Shown piece after piece: positions 5,521-12,916 of a stretch of DNA of 20,401 nucleotides. This DNA comes from a virus. Its lineage: Duplodnaviria > Heunggongvirae > Uroviricota > Caudoviricetes. Position 1 is the stretch's first letter. Every line of letters starts with the position of its first letter. The stretch lies in the IMG/VR virus record IMGVR_UViG_3300046820_000635; one strand, written 5' to 3'. Made by a program: the position numbers and the translations under genes. The notes beneath the pieces are model-generated. The model saw only the letters and a program-made list of their open reading frames with translations. It was not told the origin of the DNA and ran no database searches.

Positions 5521-5597
5521 CCGTGTGTAGCTCAGCCTGGTAGAGCTCCTGGTTTGGGACCAGGTGGTCGCATGTTCGAATCGTGTCACACGGACCA
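5521..5597 (+). tRNA. tRNA-Pro(TGG)
   Basis: CCTGG-TT-TGG-GA-CCAGG, CCA. Confidence 0.96.
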
Positions 5598-5608
5598 GTA
5601 TCAAATAG

Positions 5609-5614
5609 TAAATA
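5609..5614 (+). promoter_or_regulatory. Candidate late-promoter box TAAATA
   Basis: Lies 9 nt upstream of tRNA-Gly copy 2; the same hexamer precedes several other genes. Confidence 0.35.
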
Positions 5615-5623
5615 TAATCACAC

Positions 5624-5697
5624 GCGGGGTTCGTATAGTGGTAATACCTTAGCCTTCCAAGCTAATGCTGAGAGTTCGATTCTCTTACCCCGCTCCA
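5624..5697 (+). tRNA. tRNA-Gly(TCC), copy 2
   Basis: TTAGC-CT-TCC-AA-GCTAA, U73, CCA. Confidence 0.95.
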
Positions 5698-5703
5698 TAA
5701 TAT

Positions 5704-6273
5704 ATGATACCAGTAATCGACCAAAACGAAATCTTTAAAAAGTTTGATTTTAGTTCCACGATCAGTAAAGAAGATAATACAGAAGCCATAGGCATAATAC
5801 AGAATATTATCGCTGGTGGGAACTATTTTACAAACAGTCCCAAGTATCAAACTAAAGAAAACATATTTTCCAGACAGGAAGCTGTATGGTTAAAATATAG
5901 AATGAGTTTCCTATTTTCAGTTTTTATGTACTTGGGTAAAGAGGTCAAGGTAAGCAATATGATGGCATGGTCTTTTATGACTAATCTGTCAACTGCCGAA
6001 GATAGAAATCGATACTGGCATCATCATCAACACAAAGCAGATAAAAATATGCTCAGCGGCATTATGTATCTGCACATTCCCGCCGATGTCAAAGACATGG
6101 ACTATTGTGGTACAGAAATGGCACCCAATGGCCCCGAAGGCGATGGTAAGTTTTTTATAAAGCCATCGTTCAATAGTTGGCTAATATATCCTAGTAAAGA
6201 ATGGCATCGGCCAGGCATTGTTCAAAGTAACGAATATAGATTTGTTCTGGCTGCTGACATTGAGTACGAATAA
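5704..6273 (+). CDS. 2OG-Fe(II) oxygenase-like protein
   Basis: AWSF...YWHHHQH...LSGIMYL...GTE...IYPSKEWHRP...RFVLA double-stranded beta-helix pattern. Confidence 0.7.
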   Translation: MIPVIDQNEIFKKFDFSSTISKEDNTEAIGIIQNIIAGGNYFTNSPKYQTKENIFSRQEAVWLKYRMSFLFSVFMYLGKEVKVSNMMAWSFMTNLSTAEDRNRYWHHHQHKADKNMLSGIMYLHIPADVKDMDYCGTEMAPNGPEGDGKFFIKPSFNSWLIYPSKEWHRPGIVQSNEYRFVLAADIEYE

Positions 6274-6348
6274 CTGGCGTTAGTATAATGGATAATACAG
6301 CGAGCTTCTACCTCGCGAATGTGGGTTCGATTCCTGCACGCCGGACCA
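6274..6348 (+). tRNA. tRNA-Arg(TCT)
   Basis: GCGAG-CT-TCT-AC-CTCGC, CCA. Confidence 0.94.
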
Positions 6349-6377
6349 TTGACTTTGCTCTTATATCAGTTTACTAT
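6349..6377 (+). promoter_or_regulatory. Sigma70-type promoter, probably giving a leaderless transcript
   Basis: TTGACT-17 nt-TACTAT; the ATG is 6 nt after the -10 box. Confidence 0.55.
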
Positions 6378-6382
6378 TAACT

Positions 6383-6847
6383 ATGAATAATAATTTTAAC
6401 GAATGTTTAAAAGTAGGCAAGGTATGGGAAGCAAGGATTGTTCCTTGGTTGGAAAAATATCTTGGAAAAAAATGGGAAGTAGTAGATACCTCCGATGTTC
6501 ATCGAGATCAAGACGGTGATCAGTTTCCGGACTTTACACTGATAAATCAAGCAACACAAAAAGTATCTTTTATCGATGCTAAGAAGCGTTGCATTTATCG
6601 GCACAAAGGACATAGGCCAAGTTTTGGATTTGATAAAAACTTCTATACCAGCTATACAAATATAGCTAAGAAATACAATACTAAATGTTACGTAGGTTTT
6701 TACGATCCTGCATTTGATGCAAAACATTGGTATTTGTTAGATCTAGATAAACCAGAAGATTTTATCTTTGATTATGGTAACAACGGGTTCGGACAGCCTA
6801 TTTGTTACAGATGGTACGTAGATAATCTACAGAAGTTCAAGCTGTAG
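6383..6847 (+). CDS. PD-(D/E)XK-superfamily nuclease-like protein
   Basis: G-K-V-W-E helix, then FPDFTL...FIDAKKR (PD...D-x-K catalytic pattern). Confidence 0.65.
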   Translation: MNNNFNECLKVGKVWEARIVPWLEKYLGKKWEVVDTSDVHRDQDGDQFPDFTLINQATQKVSFIDAKKRCIYRHKGHRPSFGFDKNFYTSYTNIAKKYNTKCYVGFYDPAFDAKHWYLLDLDKPEDFIFDYGNNGFGQPICYRWYVDNLQKFKL

Positions 6848-6933
6848 TGGGTTGGCAGAGAGGCTTATTGCACCACCTTGGAAAGGTGACGATCCGAAAG
6901 GTTCCGAGAGTTCGAATCTCTCACCCACTGCCA
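6846..6933 (+). tRNA. tRNA-Ser(GGA)
   Basis: Loop TT-GGA-AA, long variable arm, G73, CCA. Confidence 0.93.
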
Positions 6934-6938
6934 GATAT

Positions 6939-7021
6939 GTGCGTTTAGTCTAAATGTTAGGGCGCCATGACGCAGGGCTAGAAACCTTGAGATGCGGGTT
7001 CGAATCCCGTAACGCACACCA
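6939..7021 (+). tRNA. Atypical tRNA with anticodon AGA, an expanded D loop and a 4-nt variable loop
   Basis: Acceptor GTGCGTT/AACGCAC-A-CCA, canonical T arm, anticodon arm CAGGG-CT-AGA-AA-CCTTG. D stem GTC/GAC encloses an ~18-nt loop. Confidence 0.65.
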
Positions 7022-7026
7022 AATAT

Positions 7027-7113
7027 GGAAGGAGAATTCAGCAGGGCTGAACGCTGTTTCGAAAACAGTTGGATCCTATAAGGATTGGGGTTCGAGTCCT
7101 CCTCCTTCCGCCA
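7027..7113 (+). tRNA. tRNA-Ser(CGA)
   Basis: GCTGT-TT-CGA-AA-ACAGT, long variable arm, G73, CCA. The D arm is unusual (TTCAGC/GCTGAA). Confidence 0.88.
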
Positions 7114-7218
7114 AGTTCGGGGGACTGCTAAGAAAACTAGGGATAAGACCTGCCGTTTAACGGGTACCAATAGAATCCTACAAGCTGATACGAACGCAGA
7201 TAACAAGTTCAGCAAACT
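7114..7218 (+). ncRNA. Possible small structured RNA between two tRNAs
   Basis: GTTCG/CGAAC (7115-19/7191-95), TAGG-G-AT/ATCCTA, CCGT/ACGG, GCTGA/TCAGC. The 105-nt spacer is much longer than neighbouring spacers. Confidence 0.35.
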
Positions 7219-7292
7219 GCTCTTATAGTTAAATGGTATAACACTGTCTTGGTATGACAGTATTCGTAGTTCGATTCTACGTGAGAGCACCA
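7219..7292 (+). tRNA. tRNA-Thr(GGT)
   Basis: CTGTC-TT-GGT-AT-GACAG, CCA. Confidence 0.95.
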
Positions 7293-7296
7293 GTAT

Positions 7297-7302
7297 TAAA
7301 TA
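7297..7302 (+). promoter_or_regulatory. Candidate late-promoter box TAAATA
   Basis: 4 nt before the ATG at 7307, with no Shine-Dalgarno sequence. Confidence 0.45.
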
Positions 7303-7306
7303 CACT

Positions 7307-7810
7307 ATGTTTTTATGGCAATATGTAGATTTAGATTCTAACGAAGTTGATAGAGTTAAGGAAGTTTTTAAAAATAATCTTCCTTACAACTTTCATTTCT
7401 TTCAGCATCTTGAAATAGGATTAGATCACTTCATGGGTATGAAGATCAGTAGATGTGCCTTGATACAGGTAATGCCAAAACATCAAGGTAAAATACATAC
7501 TGACATTAGGACAGGTTACGGAGGAGTTTTAGCTATCAATATTCCTTTAATGAACTGCGAAAATAGTCTAACTGAACTATGGTCAACGACCGCAGAAACT
7601 AAAGATCAATATACCGAGAATAATCTTCCTTACAGTGTATTCGAAACAGTTCAATGTACAAAAATAGATCAGTTTATATTAGACCGTCCTGTTATTTTTA
7701 GGACAGATATTCCTCACAGCGTGAAAAATAACAGCATGATGGTTCGTCGAGCTATTAGTCTTAGGTTCAAAGACGACCCCTGGCATTTGGTTGACAACAG
7801 TAACAAATGA
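7307..7810 (+). CDS. 2OG-Fe(II)/cupin-like oxygenase
   Basis: GKIHTD (HxD)...LAINIPL...PVIFRTDIPHSV...RRAISLRF. Confidence 0.65.
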   Translation: MFLWQYVDLDSNEVDRVKEVFKNNLPYNFHFFQHLEIGLDHFMGMKISRCALIQVMPKHQGKIHTDIRTGYGGVLAINIPLMNCENSLTELWSTTAETKDQYTENNLPYSVFETVQCTKIDQFILDRPVIFRTDIPHSVKNNSMMVRRAISLRFKDDPWHLVDNSNK

Positions 7811-7819
7811 AAGTATAAT
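7791..7819 (+). promoter_or_regulatory. Perfect-consensus sigma70 promoter giving a leaderless transcript
   Basis: TTGACA-17 nt-TATAAT; the ATG at 7826 is 7 nt after the -10 box. Confidence 0.85.
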
Positions 7820-7825
7820 AAAAGA

Positions 7826-8056
7826 ATGTATAAAATAATAGGTAAAGAAGAAACCTTTAAAGTTCTTACACTAGCAGAGGCGATGAATGTTGCTAAATCG
7901 ATGAACGAGTTTGTTACCATCGTAGGTGACGACTTTGAAGTATGTGGCATGTTCGGAGTAGACAGCGTCAAAGACGGAAAGTGTCCAGACGGTGTTGCCT
8001 ACGATTGGAACAAGGCAAGTCGAATCGGAAGAGTGAAGAAAGAACGAGTGGCATAA
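7826..8056 (+). CDS. Hypothetical protein, 76 aa
   Basis: Directly behind the promoter; TAATG coupling to pth2. Confidence 0.75.
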   Translation: MYKIIGKEETFKVLTLAEAMNVAKSMNEFVTIVGDDFEVCGMFGVDSVKDGKCPDGVAYDWNKASRIGRVKKERVA

Positions 8057-8436
8057 TGGAACATAAACAAGTCATTGTAATGCGTAAGGATTTAAACATG
8101 CGAAAGGGCAAGTTAGTTGCTCAGGGAGCTCACGCTTCTCTTGGCGCAATTTTAAGTCTTTGTAAGCAGGACGGAGACAAGTTAATTCTTGAAATGGACG
8201 AACGTACTAGGCCTTGGCTTACCGGACGTTTCAAAAAGATCTGTGTTTATGTAAATACTGAACAAGAGTTATTAGATATTCATCAGGAAGCAAAACTACA
8301 TGGACTAGTAACCAGCCTTATACAAGATGCAGGTCTAACAGAGTTCGGTGGTGTCAAAACCTATACCGCCGTTGCAGTAGGTCCAGATCGAGAAGATCGT
8401 ATTGATGCAGTTTGTAAACATTTACCGTTATATTAA
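8056..8436 (+). CDS. pth2: Peptidyl-tRNA hydrolase, PTH2 family (true start 8056, not 7942)
   Basis: KQVIVMRKDLNMRKGKLVAQGAHAS...KKICV...IQDAGLTE...TAVAVGP. Confidence 0.93.
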   Translation: MEHKQVIVMRKDLNMRKGKLVAQGAHASLGAILSLCKQDGDKLILEMDERTRPWLTGRFKKICVYVNTEQELLDIHQEAKLHGLVTSLIQDAGLTEFGGVKTYTAVAVGPDREDRIDAVCKHLPLY

Positions 8437-8446
8437 GGAGAACCAT

Positions 8447-9133
8447 ATGAAACGTGTAATCGAAATTCGTGCCGCAGAAGGTGGCGAAGACAGTAAGCTA
8501 TTTGTAAGTGATCTCGCGACCGCATACAGCAAACTAGGAATGAAACTGGGCTGAACTACCCGCCTGATAGATGTGCGTCAAGGTGAATGCAGTTTAGAAG
8601 TTCAGGGCGCAGATTTATCCGGCTTAGATAACGAGCCAGGTGGACATAGGATACAGCGAGTTCCACCGACCGAAAGGAAGGGGCGTGTCCATACAAGCAC
8701 TGTGACTGTTGCCGTCATAGACCGCATGGAGGAAAATGAATCCTCAGCTATACCAGAGAAAGATTTAAAAGTCGAATGGTATAGCGGTACTGGTGCTGGA
8801 GGTCAACATAGGAACAAACACCAAAACTCATGCCGGATAACCCATATCCCTAGCGGTGTTGTAGTTACAGCACAATGCCGTAGTCGGCAAAATAGTTTTG
8901 ACGAAGCTATGTCAACGTTGCAAGAACGTATTGACAACGAAACTAAAAGACAATATAATAATCACATAGCAAGCGATCGAAAGCAGCAAGTAGGATCAGG
9001 GATGCGAGGAGACAAGATTCGTACCTATAGATTCCAAGACGATCGTGTTCAAGATCACTTGACAGGAAAAACAGCAAAATGTTCATCGGTATTAAAAGGT
9101 AACATAGACCTATTATGGCAAAAGACGATATAA
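8447..9133 (+). CDS. prfA: RF1-type class I peptide release factor lacking domain 1, with an in-frame TGA at codon 36 (8552-8554)
   Basis: AAGGAG Shine-Dalgarno, then ATG 8447: MKRVIEIRAAEGGEDSKLFVSDL...KLG*TTRL. The same frame continues to HRIQRVPPTERKGRVHTS (PxT), GAGGQHRNK and IRTYRFQDDRVQDH. Confidence 0.85.
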
Positions 9134-9333
9134 TCGAACTTACTGGACAAATCGAAGAGATTTTGCCAGGTAGCATGTTTAAGGTAAAGGTTGATAACAT
9201 GCCTAATACTTTACTCTGCTACACCAGTGGAAAACTTAAACAACACAAAATCAAAATCGTTCTCGGAGATCGAGTCAAAGTGGAAATAAGTCCGTATGAC
9301 ATGACCCGAGGGCGTGTGACGTATCGACTGTAA
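9115..9333 (+). CDS. infA: Translation initiation factor IF-1
   Basis: MAKDDIIELTGQIEEILPGSMFKV...SGKLKQHKIKIVLGDRVKVEISPYDMTRGRVTYR. Confidence 0.96.
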   Translation: MAKDDIIELTGQIEEILPGSMFKVKVDNMPNTLLCYTSGKLKQHKIKIVLGDRVKVEISPYDMTRGRVTYRL

Positions 9334-9334
9334 C

Positions 9335-9586
9335 ATGACAAAAGAAGTTCCTGTACATCGCGATCAACTAGGTCGAGTAATCAATATGGGCGACTGTGTT
9401 GCCTATCCACAGAGTAATAGTCTTGTCATTGGTGTTGTTCGTAAGATCAATCCAAAGATGATTGGTGTTAGGCGAATTGGTAAAAATGGTTGGGGCAGCG
9501 AGAAAAACAAATATCCTATCGATTGTGTTAAACTTGAAGGTCCTGAAGTTACAATGTTTATTATCAAGAATGCGGGCACAGAATGA
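9335..9586 (+). CDS. Hypothetical protein, 83 aa (possible SH3/KOW-like beta fold)
   Basis: Tight operon packing; RDQLGRVINMGDCVAY start. Confidence 0.7.
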   Translation: MTKEVPVHRDQLGRVINMGDCVAYPQSNSLVIGVVRKINPKMIGVRRIGKNGWGSEKNKYPIDCVKLEGPEVTMFIIKNAGTE

Positions 9587-9777
9587 TCTACACACTATAT
9601 CTCTGGACAGTAGTAGCAATGGCCGGAGATCGACACTATCAAGCTAAAGCTATGGATTGGCGTCCTATTGGTGAATATCACGACTTTAGTGCAGGTACTG
9701 GCCAGGCCAAGTGCGAAGAAGCTGCAAGACAACTAGGGTTGAAACACGAAAACTATCGTTGCGTTAGGAGCAAGTGA
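9583..9777 (+). CDS. Hypothetical protein, 64 aa
   Basis: ATGA overlap with the upstream gene. Confidence 0.7.
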   Translation: MIYTLYLWTVVAMAGDRHYQAKAMDWRPIGEYHDFSAGTGQAKCEEAARQLGLKHENYRCVRSK

Positions 9778-9929
9778 TGACTGACACAGAAAAGAAAACA
9801 TACTTCGACGGAATGCGAGAAGGTGTATGGCGCTTTGCTTGGATGAAAGACGGCACTTACTATGTAGGTACCACAGGTAAAACGCTTAAAGAAGCACTTG
9901 CTGACATCGATAAAGAAGAAGCAAAATGA
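9777..9929 (+). CDS. Hypothetical protein, 50 aa (MTDTEKKTYFDGMREG...), not in the ORF track
   Basis: TGATG coupling upstream and ATGA coupling downstream; AGGAG Shine-Dalgarno. Confidence 0.75.
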   Translation: MTDTEKKTYFDGMREGVWRFAWMKDGTYYVGTTGKTLKEALADIDKEEAK

Positions 9930-10198
9930 AATTCATCCGCCAAGTAATCAGAGGTGCAGGATATCTAGAAGGCTACGGTGATCATCCTGGTAAAGACATG
10001 TTGGTGATGATGCTTCTTGTCTGCGGTCTTGCAGGCGTTGAGAAGGGCGGTCTTACTGGATTTCTAGGCGGCATGGCTATTGGCGCAATCTTTATCCTTC
10101 CGTTTTTCATCGTCGGTTGCATTGATCGTGCAAATGGCTGCGACCGTCAACAGGCTCAACTATTAGACAAGATTAAAAATAGCCATGATAGAGTTTGA
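9926..10198 (+). CDS. Hypothetical membrane protein
   Basis: Two hydrophobic, Gly-rich segments. Confidence 0.7.
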   Translation: MKFIRQVIRGAGYLEGYGDHPGKDMLVMMLLVCGLAGVEKGGLTGFLGGMAIGAIFILPFFIVGCIDRANGCDRQQAQLLDKIKNSHDRV

Positions 10199-10445
10199 TC
10201 CTATAATAAAAAGATTACCGTTTCGATACAAGTGTCTGTTTATAGCATATACTCTACCAGTATCTCTATATATTGGAGTTTTGTTATTACTATGTTCTCT
10301 TAATCCGTTTTGGTTTCGACAAGCAGCATTTCAATCTCTTTACAGACATGTACAGACATTTAGTCAATGGCGCAATCGACGGATGCAAAAGTACTACGAA
10401 AAATATTCGATCTTTAACACCATTAAAACTGGTAAGGGTATTTGA
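10185..10445 (+). CDS. Hypothetical membrane protein
   Basis: One hydrophobic segment; overlaps the previous gene. Confidence 0.6.
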   Translation: MIEFDPIIKRLPFRYKCLFIAYTLPVSLYIGVLLLLCSLNPFWFRQAAFQSLYRHVQTFSQWRNRRMQKYYEKYSIFNTIKTGKGI

Positions 10446-10470
10446 CTTATTTGTAATTTGGTGTTATAAT
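10442..10470 (+). promoter_or_regulatory. Sigma70-type promoter
   Basis: TTGACT-17 nt-TATAAT. The spacer ends AATTTGGTGT, as in the promoter at 14682. Confidence 0.8.
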
Positions 10471-10499
10471 ATTCTTTATAGCAACACAGAAAGACAGAC

Positions 10500-10718
10500 A
10501 TGAAAATTCGATACACCGTTTCTAACGGTATTCTATTCATGAATCCCCACGGCAAGGATGGTCCTTGGCTTCCAGTTACTACACTTGATGAACGTGCAAT
10601 CGAAATGATCGAAAACACTATTCGAGAAGTTGCCGAAGCAAAGATTTCTCGTAAACACAATCGTAAATCTATCAAAACTGAACTTGGCTACAGCCGTATT
10701 GGATTGGGCAATATATGA
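10500..10718 (+). CDS. Hypothetical protein, 72 aa
   Basis: First ORF after the promoter; ATGA coupling downstream. Confidence 0.7.
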   Translation: MKIRYTVSNGILFMNPHGKDGPWLPVTTLDERAIEMIENTIREVAEAKISRKHNRKSIKTELGYSRIGLGNI

Positions 10719-11485
10719 GTCAAGTACTTGTTTGGAAGAGTGACGAAGACGGTAAACTCTTTGAAGATAAAAAGAAATATCAAACACACCTTCGCAAGCT
10801 AGCGGCTAAACGTCGCGAAGTTCGAAAGGTCGAAGAAGCTAATCGCACTCGTGTAGAATTTCTACAACGCATGGGACAAGTTGCTAGCATTGACGAACTT
10901 AACGCATTTATCAAAGATAACTGGGCTTGGTTCTTTGCCAATGGTATTAATGATCAGTGGCATAATCCAAAACGTCATCATGAGTTTCACGAGTATGTTC
11001 GAGTTGAACTCGTCAACATGAAGTTTGGCAACTATGCCAATACACACAGTTGCCCTTTCAATGGCGGTGTGCAAAACTTTATGCAGAAGGACGGTACTCC
11101 TAAAAAGTACCCCGGCTGGAATGGTCGTATTAACATTCTAGTTAAGCCCGGCATGTACAAATACAAGGGTCAAACTTATATGCGTGACGGCTGGGGCGGC
11201 AGCTATTTTAAAGATACTGGCATCTGCACAGGCAGTGGTGGCGGCGGTAGTGGCGAAGACTGCAAGAGCTACAGCTATGATGTGAATATTTGGGCCGCCG
11301 ACTTTCCAGTAATGTGGGAAGAACAAAGTCGTAAAGATTGGATCAGTCTCGAGAATCGAGATCGTGAACGTCAGTGGAAGGCCCTAGGTGGCGATGTTAA
11401 AACTATTACTCCTGTTACAGATTTTCCAGAAGGTTGGGAATTGCCCAGTCCATTGAAAGAAGCACGTATTTTAAATTTTTGGTGA
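10715..11485 (+). CDS. Hypothetical protein, 256 aa
   Basis: Long ORF; no family recognised. Confidence 0.85.
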   Translation: MSQVLVWKSDEDGKLFEDKKKYQTHLRKLAAKRREVRKVEEANRTRVEFLQRMGQVASIDELNAFIKDNWAWFFANGINDQWHNPKRHHEFHEYVRVELVNMKFGNYANTHSCPFNGGVQNFMQKDGTPKKYPGWNGRINILVKPGMYKYKGQTYMRDGWGGSYFKDTGICTGSGGGGSGEDCKSYSYDVNIWAADFPVMWEEQSRKDWISLENRDRERQWKALGGDVKTITPVTDFPEGWELPSPLKEARILNFW

Positions 11486-11490
11486 GAACT

Positions 11491-11766
11491 ATGAGAAGCG
11501 ATTATCGAGTTATTACATTTAACGGCCCTCGTCGAATCATTTTCATCGAGGATCTTAACCTAGGACGCATGAGTGTTACAAATGATGCATATGCGGTCCT
11601 ACAAGATGTATGGTCGAATTTTCAAGGACGTCCTCGTGTAGTCTATAAAGACAGCGAAGGTGTATGGAGTGAGATCATTCTAAAAGAAGCCTGGACACAG
11701 AACATTACTTTCAAACCTTGGCACGGCGTTGCTTGGGATATTTTACAAGATAAGGAGTTATCATGA
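11491..11766 (+). CDS. Hypothetical protein, 91 aa (start revised to ATG 11491)
   Basis: This start avoids a 52-nt overlap with the upstream gene; ATGA coupling downstream. Confidence 0.7.
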   Translation: MRSDYRVITFNGPRRIIFIEDLNLGRMSVTNDAYAVLQDVWSNFQGRPRVVYKDSEGVWSEIILKEAWTQNITFKPWHGVAWDILQDKELS

Positions 11767-12134
11767 GTATGTATAATATGATTTTTGGAATGAATCCCGA
11801 CAGTGATAAGATCCTAACATTGTTGGGTAAGACACAAGGTGACTTTGGTCGCTTCCGTAGTGTCTTTCTTGAAGACGGTTTCATTGTTGTTCATACACGT
11901 AACGGTGGCGGCAATCGAGAATCTTACGAAGATATCTTTGAAGAAATGTCTAGTCATCCGTGGTACAGTCACGACGAAGATGATAGTTTCGACTGCACCT
12001 ATGCAAACATCTATTTTAAAGTTCCGGAAGGTAAAGAAGAAACTCTTGTTGCTCTACATAACTTTAATAAAGGTGCTAACCCTGCTAACCAGTGGGCAGA
12101 GCTTTTTGCCACTATGGAAGCATTGAAAAAATAA
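11763..12134 (+). CDS. Hypothetical protein, 123 aa
   Basis: AAGGAG Shine-Dalgarno; HTRNGGGNRE...DDDSFDCTYA motif of no recognised family. Confidence 0.8.
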   Translation: MSMYNMIFGMNPDSDKILTLLGKTQGDFGRFRSVFLEDGFIVVHTRNGGGNRESYEDIFEEMSSHPWYSHDEDDSFDCTYANIYFKVPEGKEETLVALHNFNKGANPANQWAELFATMEALKK

Positions 12135-12143
12135 GGAGGCGTT

Positions 12144-12635
12144 ATGCCTTGGATTGAAAATGTATCACTGGGAGATATTCCCAAGGGCCGACATCACAAT
12201 GCCGGCGATAACTCCATGCTGATTCAGATTGTTGACCCAGACATGGAGTTTCCTGTGCCGATGCACAAGTTCAAAGAAACTCATCAATTCAAGTTTCTTG
12301 ATCTCGAGAAGGACGATGATACAGATGAAGCACTAAAGATTACAGATGCACAGGCTGCACAGCTTGTAGGGCACCTACAACACGCCCTAGAAAATCGCAT
12401 GAACGTTGTAGTGCATTGTGTTGCAGGTGTTTGTCGTAGTGGTGCTGTATGCGAAGTAGGTACCATCTTGGGATTCAACGACACTGAGGCATTTCGAAGT
12501 CCTAATCTTCTTGTTAAACACAAGATGATGAAAGTTCTGGGTATGACCTATGACGAAAATGAGCCCCATACGATTAATGGCGTGACTACCGATTGGGGCT
12601 TTATTATACCCAAAGAACGAGACGGAGACATATGA
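12144..12635 (+). CDS. Cys-dependent (tyrosine/dual-specificity) phosphatase-like protein
   Basis: VVVHCVAGVCRSGAV matches the HCxxGxxRS P-loop; AGGAGG Shine-Dalgarno. Confidence 0.85.
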   Translation: MPWIENVSLGDIPKGRHHNAGDNSMLIQIVDPDMEFPVPMHKFKETHQFKFLDLEKDDDTDEALKITDAQAAQLVGHLQHALENRMNVVVHCVAGVCRSGAVCEVGTILGFNDTEAFRSPNLLVKHKMMKVLGMTYDENEPHTINGVTTDWGFIIPKERDGDI

Positions 12636-12886
12636 GGATTGTTAAACTAGATCGTAGACACAGACTGGGTAAACAAGGGTTCACACATGCATTTAGATTC
12701 GAGGGATACGACCCGAACCTGAGTACTATAGAACAGGCTCTTGCAAAAAAATACGGATGGTCTTGGAACAATGAAAAGTGTTGGGGAAGCTATTGGGGTA
12801 AAAGATCTGCTAACGGCACTCGAATATGCTGGATTGGGTTTCGAGACGAAAAACTTATAACACAGACTCTGTTGTCGTTAAAATAA
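12632..12886 (+). CDS. Hypothetical Trp-rich basic protein, 84 aa (start revised to 12632)
   Basis: ATGA coupling; GGAGA Shine-Dalgarno. Confidence 0.7.
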   Translation: MRIVKLDRRHRLGKQGFTHAFRFEGYDPNLSTIEQALAKKYGWSWNNEKCWGSYWGKRSANGTRICWIGFRDEKLITQTLLSLK

Positions 12887-12890
12887 TACA

Positions 12891-12916
12891 CGCCCTGATT
12901 GACAGGGCGTTCTTTT
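12891..12916 (+). terminator. Rho-independent terminator overlapping the next promoter
   Basis: CGCCCTG-ATTGA-CAGGGCG-TTCTTTT. Confidence 0.6.

Noticed and set aside
2897-6847. TAG stops occur only in three genes inside the tRNA island (ending 2899, 3664, 6847), tempting a link to the gated RF1
   Set aside because: TAG is rare in AT-rich genomes and three cases are too few. Two are constrained by overlap with tRNA sequence.
6970-6990. Reading the 6939-7021 tRNA as an amber suppressor (CTA)
   Set aside because: CTA would not be preceded by U33 or centred in a 7-nt loop. The symmetric stem places AGA at positions 34-36.
30-7218. Theta (HDV-like) ribozymes directly 3' of tRNAs
   Set aside because: I could not build the nested double pseudoknot after any tRNA, and the tRNAs already encode CCA. 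A descriptor search would be needed to exclude it fully.
5446-7305. ORF-track entries 5446-5652, 5662-5850(-), 6865-7305(-) and 6954-7160
   Set aside because: They are read through tRNA genes or antisense to real genes, so they are spurious.
8540-8560. prfB-type +1 frameshift or selenocysteine insertion at the RF UGA
   Set aside because: The downstream domain is in the same frame, and there is no CUU-UGA slippery site or internal Shine-Dalgarno. The aligned residue is Trp, not Cys, and the downstream hairpin is not a convincing SECIS.
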